Shown: positions 8,033 through 15,030 of the stretch, in pieces
Layout of the letters: every line of letters starts with the position of its first letter
Position numbering within the stretch: position 1 is the first letter of the stretch
Virus record (IMG/VR): IMGVR_UViG_3300032216_001883
Coordinates: 1 to 36,184 of that record
DNA: 36,184 nt
Strand: one strand, 5' to 3'
DNA from: a virus
Taxonomy: Duplodnaviria > Caudoviricetes
Program-made: the position numbers and the translations under genes
The notes under the pieces: model-generated
Database searches by the model: none
Told to the model about the DNA's origin: nothing
The model's input: the letters and a program-made list of their open reading frames with translations, nothing else

Positions 8033-8236
8033 TTATTCTGTTGTTGAATAGATGGTTTCAATTACTTCCGTAGTAGCCTTTAAGGGCACCCCACTAGCAG
8101 CATTAATGAATCTGTTATAAGCTGTATCCTTGTTTGTAGAAATGGTGTAATCTACATAGGTACCATTCTTTTCAGTCCAATATCTAATGTCGCCTGTTAT
8201 TGGGTTAGTTTCTGTAATAAACTCGAATTTAGTCAT
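8033..8236 (-). CDS. Hypothetical protein (likely start MTKFEF at 8236)
   Basis: The ATG at 8236 abuts the upstream stop. The longer 8386 start overlaps another gene. Confidence 0.6.
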   Translation of the reverse strand: MTKFEFITETNPITGDIRYWTEKNGTYVDYTISTNKDTAYNRFINAASGVPLKATTEVIETIYSTTE

Positions 8237-8237
8237 A

Positions 8238-8456
8238 TTATTGGGATTTTTGGTTGATTTTATTAAGTTTAGTATGCCTTTCAAAATAGGACTGCATCCC
8301 ACTTGAATTGATTTGACTCTGTATATTCTCATAATACACAGGATCAAGGAAGGTTTTTGATAGGTAGTTGTAATAGACTTGCTCACCTGGTGAGAAGTTT
8401 TTGCCAGTCAGACTGCATCTGCAATCGTACTTGACGGTGATTAATTCAAATGACAT
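8238..8456 (-). CDS. Hypothetical protein, first gene of the middle operon (degenerate Zn-ribbon-like)
   Basis: KYDCRCSLTGK.F.PGEQVYY, with an A/C-rich leader. Confidence 0.6.
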   Translation of the reverse strand: MSFELITVKYDCRCSLTGKNFSPGEQVYYNYLSKTFLDPVYYENIQSQINSSGMQSYFERHTKLNKINQKSQ

Positions 8457-8460
8457 ATAT

Positions 8461-8640
8461 GGGTTTTTTGTTTATGTTTGACGAAGTTAAGGAGTTTTTG
8501 TTATTATCGAAGATTTTTAGTAGGTTTTTTGTTAATATTATCATAAAAGATTTTTGGTAAGGCAATCCTTCGTACAAGATTTTTTGCTGTGGGATTTTTA
8601 GATAGGGTTTTTGGCAGGTTTTTGTCGGGGGTTTTTTGTG
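8461..8640. repeat. Cluster of ~10 same-strand RRTTTTT tracts
   Basis: T tracts start at about 8464, 8495, 8514, 8525, 8551, 8580, 8595, 8608, 8619 and 8632. Confidence 0.75.
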
Positions 8641-8669
8641 GGTTTATTGGCGGTCATATAAAATATACT

Positions 8670-8759
8670 ATTAGTTGCATAAACAACTAATGTTTAAACA
8701 TTAATGTTATAACATTGATATATTGCAATATCCTAAGCTTATAACAGTATAAAAATACT
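8670..8759. repeat. Array of abutting palindromes (left array)
   Basis: ATTAGTTG-N6-CAACTAAT, TAATGTTTAAACATTA, AATGTTATAACATT, ATATTGCAATAT, TAAGCTTA, AGTAT-N4-ATACT. Confidence 0.8.
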
Positions 8760-8853
8760 ATTTAAAGCTATTTTAAAGCTCAATTTCGGCCTATCTTTTA
8801 CAATTGGTACAAAGGTATCAACAGAAAAAAACAGGCCCTAAAATTGGCTGTAA

Positions 8854-9045
8854 TTAGTTAGATAAAAAACTGTTCCAGCTTCTTTTATCCTTTTTTACCT
8901 GGTCCAGGTCCTGGCTAACTTTGTGAGCTATTTTTTCAAGTTCTTTGTTATAAAGGTCCTCTAAAAATATTAGCCAATATCTGTTTTTTGGATCATTGGC
9001 GGCCTGTAGTTTTTTAATCTTGTTTTTTAGTGCGTAGATATTCAT
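8854..9045 (-). CDS. Hypothetical early protein
   Basis: 63-aa helical ORF. Confidence 0.55.
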   Translation of the reverse strand: MNIYALKNKIKKLQAANDPKNRYWLIFLEDLYNKELEKIAHKVSQDLDQVKKDKRSWNSFLSN

Positions 9046-9065
9046 AAAATATTAATTTAATGAGC

Positions 9066-9113
9066 TGCTTCGCCTGGCTCCGATCCAGTTAATTAGTCAA
9101 TACTAACAAAGCA
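9066..9113 (-). ncRNA. 48-nt tRNA-like three-way junction
   Basis: 7-bp stem TGCTTTG/CGAAGCA (a G-U pair only on the minus strand), hairpin TTAGT-ATTG-ACTAA, and a T-arm-like CTGG-ATCGGAG-CCAG. Confidence 0.45.
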
Positions 9114-9114
9114 T

Positions 9115-9140
9115 AAAAAAAGGCCCCTATTACAGGGCCC
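9115..9140 (-). terminator. Intrinsic terminator after the gp88-like gene
   Basis: Minus strand GGCCCTGTAATAGGGGCC followed by T7. Confidence 0.8.
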
Positions 9141-9156
9141 TAAAAAATATTATTTT

Positions 9157-9867
9157 TTAATTAGTGTATGAATATTGAATTTTGCGAGCTTTTAAGTCCT
9201 TTATTGATTGACTGGCCTTTGATCCTTTTGGCTGCTGGCCGTGTATCAATAGAGCAAAGCTTTGTTTTGTCTTATAAGCTGCTTCGTCCGTGTGATCTAT
9301 TAAAAGGCCTAGCTTCTGGGCCTGCTCAGGACTATAAACTACTTTAGCGAATTTTAGGCCGTGCAAAGATATCTGTGCGTCTAATTTGCCGCCTTCGGAC
9401 GCGTTTAGTATTAAATTGGCTGGGATATCCTTTATATAATTCACCCAATAAACTAGGCTTTTAGTATACGCGTAAAAAATAACATTAGGCCTAGATATTG
9501 CCACCTGCAGCCAGGCCCCAAAATAGGACTCATTAAAAAAGTCTCCTGAAACGTGTATACGAACTATGCCAGCCTTTGCGGGTAAACTACTTAAAATTAG
9601 ATTGGCAGCCTCTGAGCTGCTTAAGTTTCTTAATAGCTCGAAATTGTGCCACCTGGCTAACCTAACAGCAGGATAAACAGCCTCAGCCGATGCAGCAAAG
9701 CACCTAAATTGGGTATTCGGGCCGTCTGTTAATTTACCTGTAATTCGGTCCGCTTTGCTTAAGCATTCATTGGCGAAGGGGCAGCTGTGACCAGCAGGAA
9801 GTGAGAAAGTATAAATTTCCTTTCCTAGTTTAGCGTTTCCGCGTTGAAATTTTAGTAATGTGCTCAT
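9157..9867 (-). CDS. Gp88-like protein (radical-SAM-like Fe-S fold)
   Basis: GNAKL, LPAGHSCPFANEC, CFAA, RIHVSGDF and YAYTK motifs, typical of the GP88 family. Confidence 0.75.
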   Translation of the reverse strand: MSTLLKFQRGNAKLGKEIYTFSLPAGHSCPFANECLSKADRITGKLTDGPNTQFRCFAASAEAVYPAVRLARWHNFELLRNLSSSEAANLILSSLPAKAGIVRIHVSGDFFNESYFGAWLQVAISRPNVIFYAYTKSLVYWVNYIKDIPANLILNASEGGKLDAQISLHGLKFAKVVYSPEQAQKLGLLIDHTDEAAYKTKQSFALLIHGQQPKGSKASQSIKDLKARKIQYSYTN

Positions 9868-9887
9868 AAAATAAAGGTTTTGTTTTG

Positions 9888-10127
9888 TTATTTAATTAGT
9901 GTTTTTAGTTCTTTTTTTAGTTCTTTAGCTTTAGACCCTCTGTAATTTGTCGCATTGCTTAGAAAGTATAAAATAATACTTTTAGCTGTATCCTGTCCGT
10001 ATTGTTCCTGCTCGTTATTTATTGTAAGCATAGCAGCCAGGTACGGACGTGCTGCGAAATGTGGAGCCGTCCAATCGTTTAAAATTTCCTCGGCAATTTT
10101 ATAAACAGGCCTTTTAATGTTTGTCAT
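9888..10127 (-). CDS. Conserved small early phage protein, function unknown
   Basis: RP.Y.IA.EI..DW....FAA.PYL.AM...YG.D.A.SI..YFLSNA...RG..A...K.ELK, a pattern I recall from other phage early regions. Confidence 0.7.
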   Translation of the reverse strand: MTNIKRPVYKIAEEILNDWTAPHFAARPYLAAMLTINNEQEQYGQDTAKSIILYFLSNATNYRGSKAKELKKELKTLIK

Positions 10128-10130
10128 ATA

Positions 10131-10214
10131 TTACTTTTTTAATAGTGTTTTAATGAAGGTATAAACGAAAATAAATAAACAGCTCAAAATTATGAGCTCT
10201 AAAAGAGTTATCAT
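10131..10214 (-). CDS. 27-aa TM micropeptide MITLLELIILSCLFIFVYTFIKTLLKK
   Basis: Translated by hand. 1-nt and 3-nt gaps to its neighbours. Confidence 0.6.
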   Translation of the reverse strand: MITLLELIILSCLFIFVYTFIKTLLKK

Positions 10215-10215
10215 T

Positions 10216-10350
10216 TTACTTTGCTTTACTAGTTATTAAATTAGATAATAATAAACAACAAAGGGCTAGGCTAGGGCCTAAGGTATCGGCTTTGTAATAG
10301 ATTGCCCCTATTAATAATAGGGCCAAGATCGTTTTAATTGACTGGTTCAT
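10216..10350 (-). CDS. 44-aa hydrophobic micropeptide MNQSIKTILALLLIGAIYYKADTLGPSLALCCLLLSNLITSKAK
   Basis: Translated by hand. ATG directly follows the previous TAA. Confidence 0.6.
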   Translation of the reverse strand: MNQSIKTILALLLIGAIYYKADTLGPSLALCCLLLSNLITSKAK

Positions 10351-10443
10351 TTAGTTTTCTTTTATAGTTAGTGATAAAATAAGGCGGCATACGTTTCCTA
10401 CGAATGCAGCGAATAAGCTTAATAAAATATAAAATAGTATCAT
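10351..10443 (-). CDS. 30-aa TM micropeptide MILFYILLSLFAAFVGNVCRLILSLTIKEN
   Basis: Translated by hand. First ORF of the leftward early operon. Confidence 0.55.
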   Translation of the reverse strand: MILFYILLSLFAAFVGNVCRLILSLTIKEN

Positions 10444-10632
10444 AATAAAGGGGCCAATTGTTTTTATATTGGCACAATAAAGATAGGTATAAATATCAAA
10501 CAAAGTAAAAGATTGTAAAGTAATTTAGTTAATAGATTGTTAAAATAGATTAACTTTTAACGTGTACTTAATACACTAAGCAAGTTATCTGGCATATAAT
10601 AGATAGTATACTTATATAGGTATTAAATAGAC

Positions 10633-10680
10633 TTATATAATATAGGTTATATTATATATTATATAATATAGGTTATATTA
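10633..10680. repeat. 22-bp direct repeat (x2), each copy containing TAATATA-GGT-TATATTA
   Basis: TTATATAATATAGGTTATATTA at 10633 and 10659. Confidence 0.8.
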
Positions 10681-10830
10681 CCTACTATATGTAAGTATAG
10701 TAAAGTAAATTGAATAGAAGTATTAAAGCTTAATTGTTAATTGGCGCAAAGGACTGCGTAAACAATCAATATAATAAAACTACATTAGTTTTGCATTGGA
10801 TAGGCAAAAGAATAAGAGGGTAGGGGAGGC

Positions 10831-10858
10831 ACTTAACATAATATAGATTATAAGAGTA
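10831..10858 (-). other. dif: dif-like XerC/XerD recombination site
   Basis: Minus strand TACTCTTATAA-TCTATA-TTATGTTAAGT versus E. coli dif GGTGCGCATAA-TGTATA-TTATGTTAAAT. XerD arm 10/11, spacer 5/6, inner ATAA of the XerC arm conserved. Confidence 0.75.
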
Positions 10859-11018
10859 AAATTGATCCGCTGGGCCTACCCCCTACCACTTTTTTTAGCG
10901 TAGAAATAAGGAGGAGTGCTTTGTGCCCTCCATTATTCTGATATAAAACAAAGACTTAACGATGTTTGACATTTGATTTTTTTTATTTTCCATATAACCC
11001 ATTACAATTAAATGTAAT

Positions 11019-11213
11019 ATGAAAGACACCGTACAAAAGAGAATATATAAGTGCAAATGTGGTACTTTGATAGAAGACTATGTTTGGTCAAGTTCCATTA
11101 ACGAACATACCATCAACTGCAGCAAGTGCAACAAATCGATTACCTACGATAATCTAGTCGTAAATAAAGTTGCTCAGTCAGCAGCCATTAGAACACCAAC
11201 TAAAAACCGATAA
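11019..11213 (+). CDS. Small zinc-ribbon protein
   Basis: YKCKCG...CSKC. Confidence 0.65.
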   Translation: MKDTVQKRIYKCKCGTLIEDYVWSSSINEHTINCSKCNKSITYDNLVVNKVAQSAAIRTPTKNR

Positions 11214-11214
11214 T

Positions 11215-11733
11215 ATGAACGCAGAATTCAGAGATATAACAAAAGAAGCTTTTATCATAGCTTACAAGGAGAACTTTGGTAATATAACCATCTCCTGTGA
11301 ATCAGCAGGGGTTTCTAGGGCCTCGTATAACGTATGGATTAAATCTGATCCTGAGTTTGCTAAGAAACTTGCTGAAATAGAGCCAGAAGAGATAATGCTT
11401 GACTTCGGTGAGCACAAACTGATGGAAAGGATTGCTAAAGGTGATACGTTAGCTACAATGTTCCTATTGAAGACTAAGGGCAAAAGAAGAGGTTACATCG
11501 AAAGACAAGAGGTTGCTCACGAAGGAGATGTGGTAAAACAAATTACTGTTAACGTACTAAAAGCTAACCACGTGGATGATATTAAGAAGTTAGATGGTGA
11601 TGAACATTTGCAAATAGAAGATAATGGTATGGTAGTTCCTGCTACTGAAGCTGGACACATACAAGATATTCCAGTTTATCAGTACGATAAAGAGGTAGAT
11701 GTACCAAATGAGATGGATGAATATGAGGAATAG
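11215..11733 (+). CDS. terS: Putative terminase small subunit (HTH)
   Basis: GNITISCESAGVSRASYNVW..DPEF HTH and FLLKTKGKRRGY, upstream of terL. Likely ATG at 11215. Confidence 0.75.
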   Translation: MNAEFRDITKEAFIIAYKENFGNITISCESAGVSRASYNVWIKSDPEFAKKLAEIEPEEIMLDFGEHKLMERIAKGDTLATMFLLKTKGKRRGYIERQEVAHEGDVVKQITVNVLKANHVDDIKKLDGDEHLQIEDNGMVVPATEAGHIQDIPVYQYDKEVDVPNEMDEYEE

Positions 11734-11840
11734 TGTTATTTAGCATTTTAAGACTAATACAGACACTTTAATTATAAAGTAGTACTATGTATTCAAAATG
11801 ACATAGAGTGTCTTAAATCGCTTCTAATTGATTTTTAGGT

Positions 11841-12008
11841 ATGTTACCAATTTGGTTACATTGTTATAAAGTAAAGGTATAATTTGACTTATGTTGTAAC
11901 AAAGTAAGTCAATAACTTGACTTTTTGACTTATATCAATCATAAAAGTTACCCAATAAGGCAACTTTGAGCCGATAATGATTGATAAACGACTCATTAAT
12001 GATTGATG
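11841..12008. repeat. Array of abutting, mutually different imperfect palindromes (right array) between terS and terL
   Basis: For example ATGTTACCAA-T-TTGGTTACAT, AAGTCAA-TAAC-TTGACTT, AAAGTTACC-N6-GGCAACTTT, TGAGCCG-N15-CGACTCA. Confidence 0.75.
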
Positions 12009-12078
12009 CCCCTACCTTCCTATAAAACCAAAAGGTTTAGCTTTGTCTTGAGCAAACCAAAAATTTTAATTTATTTCT

Positions 12079-13215
12079 ATGGAAGTAACCACCAATGTCG
12101 TCTTTGAGGTACTGAATAACTCTAAGAAAAGGATTTCTGTGATGCAAGGGGGTACAAGGTCAGGAAAGACTTACAATGTGCTTACTTGGTTTATAGTAAA
12201 ATTACTTCAGGAGAAAGGCAAGACATTAACCATTTGCCGTTCATCCTTACCGAGCATTAAAGGCTCCGTAATGAGAGATTTTATTGAGATATTGTCCAAA
12301 TATGGGCTATATTCAGAGGAAAAACACAATAAATCAGAGAATTTATACTTCCTAAATGGCAATACTGTAGAATTTGTATCTACCGACCAACCTCAAAAGA
12401 TTAGAGGTCGTAAAAGGCATTATTTGTTTATTAACGAGGCAAATGAGGTTAATTATGAATCTTGGATGCAATTAGCCCTAAGAACTACGGATAAAATCGT
12501 AATTGACTATAACCCTTCCGATTATTACTCCTGGATTTATGATAAGGTCATCCCTAGAGAGGATACTGACTTTACAATTACTACTTACAAAGACAATCCA
12601 TTTTTAGATAAAAATATTATTGCGGAGATTGAGAGGCTTAAAGAAGCTGACCACGAATATTGGAGGGTATACGGATTAGGCGAAAGAGCAATTTCAGAAG
12701 CTACGATTTATTCACATTGGAGAAGAAGAAGAAACTTTCCTGAAGGGGGAGAGATTTTTTATGGCCTTGACTTTGGCTATAACAATCAAACAGCTTTAGT
12801 AAGATGTAAAAACTTTGATGGCGATATTTACGTAGAACAATTAATCTATGACACAAAGATGTCAACATCACTTTTAATAGATCGTCTTAAATCGATGGGG
12901 CTTTCTCGTAGAGATGAAATATTTGCGGATGCTGCGGAACCAAAAACAATAGCAGAAGTCAATAAAGCAGGGTTTAATTTAAAATCAGCTACTAAAGATG
13001 TATTTGCAGGAATTAATAAAGTAAAATCTTTCCCATTATTTGTTAAATCAGAATCTTTAGACTTATTAGATGAAATTAAAAACTACAAATGGAAAACAGA
13101 TCATGATGGTAATATAATGGATGAACCTGTTAAGTTTAGAGATCATTTAATGGATGCTATGAGGTATGCTATTTATACTAAATATGCAAAACAGAAGCGT
13201 GGTTGGATTGTTTAG
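12079..13215 (+). CDS. terL: Terminase large subunit (PBSX/SPP1-like)
   Basis: QGGTRSGKT Walker A, FINEANE Walker B, DYNP, GLDFG, DHLMDAMRY. Confidence 0.95.
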   Translation: MEVTTNVVFEVLNNSKKRISVMQGGTRSGKTYNVLTWFIVKLLQEKGKTLTICRSSLPSIKGSVMRDFIEILSKYGLYSEEKHNKSENLYFLNGNTVEFVSTDQPQKIRGRKRHYLFINEANEVNYESWMQLALRTTDKIVIDYNPSDYYSWIYDKVIPREDTDFTITTYKDNPFLDKNIIAEIERLKEADHEYWRVYGLGERAISEATIYSHWRRRRNFPEGGEIFYGLDFGYNNQTALVRCKNFDGDIYVEQLIYDTKMSTSLLIDRLKSMGLSRRDEIFADAAEPKTIAEVNKAGFNLKSATKDVFAGINKVKSFPLFVKSESLDLLDEIKNYKWKTDHDGNIMDEPVKFRDHLMDAMRYAIYTKYAKQKRGWIV

Positions 13216-13228
13216 TCTAAAAATTTGT

Positions 13229-13242
13229 TACTTTTGTAAAAA
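13229..13242 (+). promoter_or_regulatory. TAnnTTTGTAAAAA promoter motif before portal
   Basis: TACTTTTGTAAAAA, one of five intergenic copies. Confidence 0.65.
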
Positions 13243-13251
13243 TATCTTATA

Positions 13252-14658
13252 GTGAATTTAAAGGACATACTATCCGCTACGACTAATTTGTTTACAACAA
13301 AATCTAGTCCAGCATTAAACGCTTCTAATAATCCACTTCCCAATTTCGGAGGTATTATTGGTGGAAGAGCAATTTATCCAAGTTTAGGTTTTAAGAAATA
13401 TGTAGATGATTATTCAAACAATAGCGAAGTCTATGCAATAGTAAAACGTATATCTAAAACAATTTCTACAGTTCCATTTTATGTATATCAAGTAAAAAAT
13501 ACTAAACAACTTCAAAGATATAAAGGCATGGTGGATAATGCTAGTAGTACCAAAGATTTAGCAGCAGCTGAATTGATTCGTATTAAAGCAATTGACCAAG
13601 TAGCAGATTCCCCATTAAATAAATTATTAGAACAACCTAATGAATATCAATCTTTTTCAGAGTTAATGGAAAATGTTATTGGGTATAAACTTATTACAGG
13701 AAATTCTTATTTATGGGCTAATAGAGTTGGCAATAATAAAGTTTCTGAACTTGTTTGTCTACCATCCCAATACATCGCAATTATAAGCGATGGCACTATT
13801 TATGGGGTTGAAGGATATAGATTCACACTTGTTGGATGGGACAAGATTGCAAAAGAGGATGTGATTCATTTAAAGTACTTCAACCCTTACTTCAATACTA
13901 ATGCACAGCAATTGTATGGATTATCTCCATTACAAGCGGCTTATAGAACAGTACAACGTTCTAACGATGCAAAAGATACAAGTGTAGCAATGTTACAAAA
14001 TCAAGGACCACGTGGTATTTTATATGCAGACGAAGGAAGTGATTTTGGTCCAGAACAAGCAGGTAAAATGAAAGAAGATTTCTATCAACAATACGGAACT
14101 AAATTAGGGGGAATTAGTAATAATGCTGGTAATTTAATTATTGCTGGTGCAAAACTTGGCTGGGTTAACATGGGACTAAGTCCTATCGATTTAAATATCC
14201 TTGAATCAGAGAAAATTACTTTGCGTGAGTTATGCAATGTATATGGAGTTAACTCAGCATTGTTTAATGATCCTGATAATAAGACCTATAACAACATGAA
14301 AGAAGCCAAAAAAGAAATGCTTACACAAGTAGTTCTTCCAGAGCTTATTATGATTCGTGATGCTTTAAACAGATTCTTTGCCAATGAAATGGGTAGAGAT
14401 TTTTATATAGATTTTGATATTACAGTTTTCCCCGAGCTTCAAGAAGATATGAAAGAAACAAGTGCTATTTTATCTCAATCATGGTGGATTACACCTAATG
14501 AAAAAAGAGCAGCTATGCGTTATGATATTATTGATGAACAAACAATGGATGAAATTTATATTCCAGCAGGTTATTTACCAATAGCAGAAATAACCATGTT
14601 ACAAGATCCAACTTCTGCTCAACAACAATCAGATTACAATATTCCTCCAGCAAAATAA
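13252..14658 (+). CDS. Portal protein (HK97 family)
   Basis: LL.QPN..Q, GNSY, VIHLK, YGLSPL, TPNEKRA motifs and position. GTG start. Confidence 0.93.
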   Translation: MNLKDILSATTNLFTTKSSPALNASNNPLPNFGGIIGGRAIYPSLGFKKYVDDYSNNSEVYAIVKRISKTISTVPFYVYQVKNTKQLQRYKGMVDNASSTKDLAAAELIRIKAIDQVADSPLNKLLEQPNEYQSFSELMENVIGYKLITGNSYLWANRVGNNKVSELVCLPSQYIAIISDGTIYGVEGYRFTLVGWDKIAKEDVIHLKYFNPYFNTNAQQLYGLSPLQAAYRTVQRSNDAKDTSVAMLQNQGPRGILYADEGSDFGPEQAGKMKEDFYQQYGTKLGGISNNAGNLIIAGAKLGWVNMGLSPIDLNILESEKITLRELCNVYGVNSALFNDPDNKTYNNMKEAKKEMLTQVVLPELIMIRDALNRFFANEMGRDFYIDFDITVFPELQEDMKETSAILSQSWWITPNEKRAAMRYDIIDEQTMDEIYIPAGYLPIAEITMLQDPTSAQQQSDYNIPPAK

Positions 14659-14664
14659 AATAAA

Positions 14665-15030
14665 ATGGCAACATTCGTAGAGTTTATTTCACAATTACAT
14701 AGTGCTAAACAACAAGCAATCGTTTGGCATCATCAAACAGATGATTTATCTTGTCATAAGGCCTTAAATAACTTTTATGATGAGATTGTAGAAATAGTAG
14801 ATGGTTTAGTAGAAAGCGTAAGCGGTATTTACGGAAGACCTCAAGGTTATTCTGTTCAAACAATTAAAGACTATGTAGATTGCGATACAGTAATTCTATA
14901 TTTTCAAGATTTGTATAATTACATACAAACTCAAAGAGCAGGAGTTTATCAAGAGACTTGGGTACAAAATCAAATAGATGAAGTGGCTCAATTGGTATCA
15001 GAAACAATTTATCTTTTAACTTTAGACTAA
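14665..15030 (+). CDS. Ferritin/Dps-like four-helix protein
   Basis: WHHQT...HKAL..FYD...DGLVE..G.YGR...QNQIDE...YLL. Confidence 0.65.
   Translation: MATFVEFISQLHSAKQQAIVWHHQTDDLSCHKALNNFYDEIVEIVDGLVESVSGIYGRPQGYSVQTIKDYVDCDTVILYFQDLYNYIQTQRAGVYQETWVQNQIDEVAQLVSETIYLLTLD

Noticed and set aside
8461-8760. Possible CRISPR or mini-array
   Set aside because: No constant-length repeat with unique spacers, and no cas genes.
9066-9113. Canonical tRNA gene
   Set aside because: Too short, with no anticodon arm or CCA. Kept only as a tRNA-like element.
9941-9956. TGTAATTTGTCGCATT resembles hairpin 1 of the replication leader (possible trans target)
   Set aside because: Short match explained by the codons for SNATNY, with no flanking structure.
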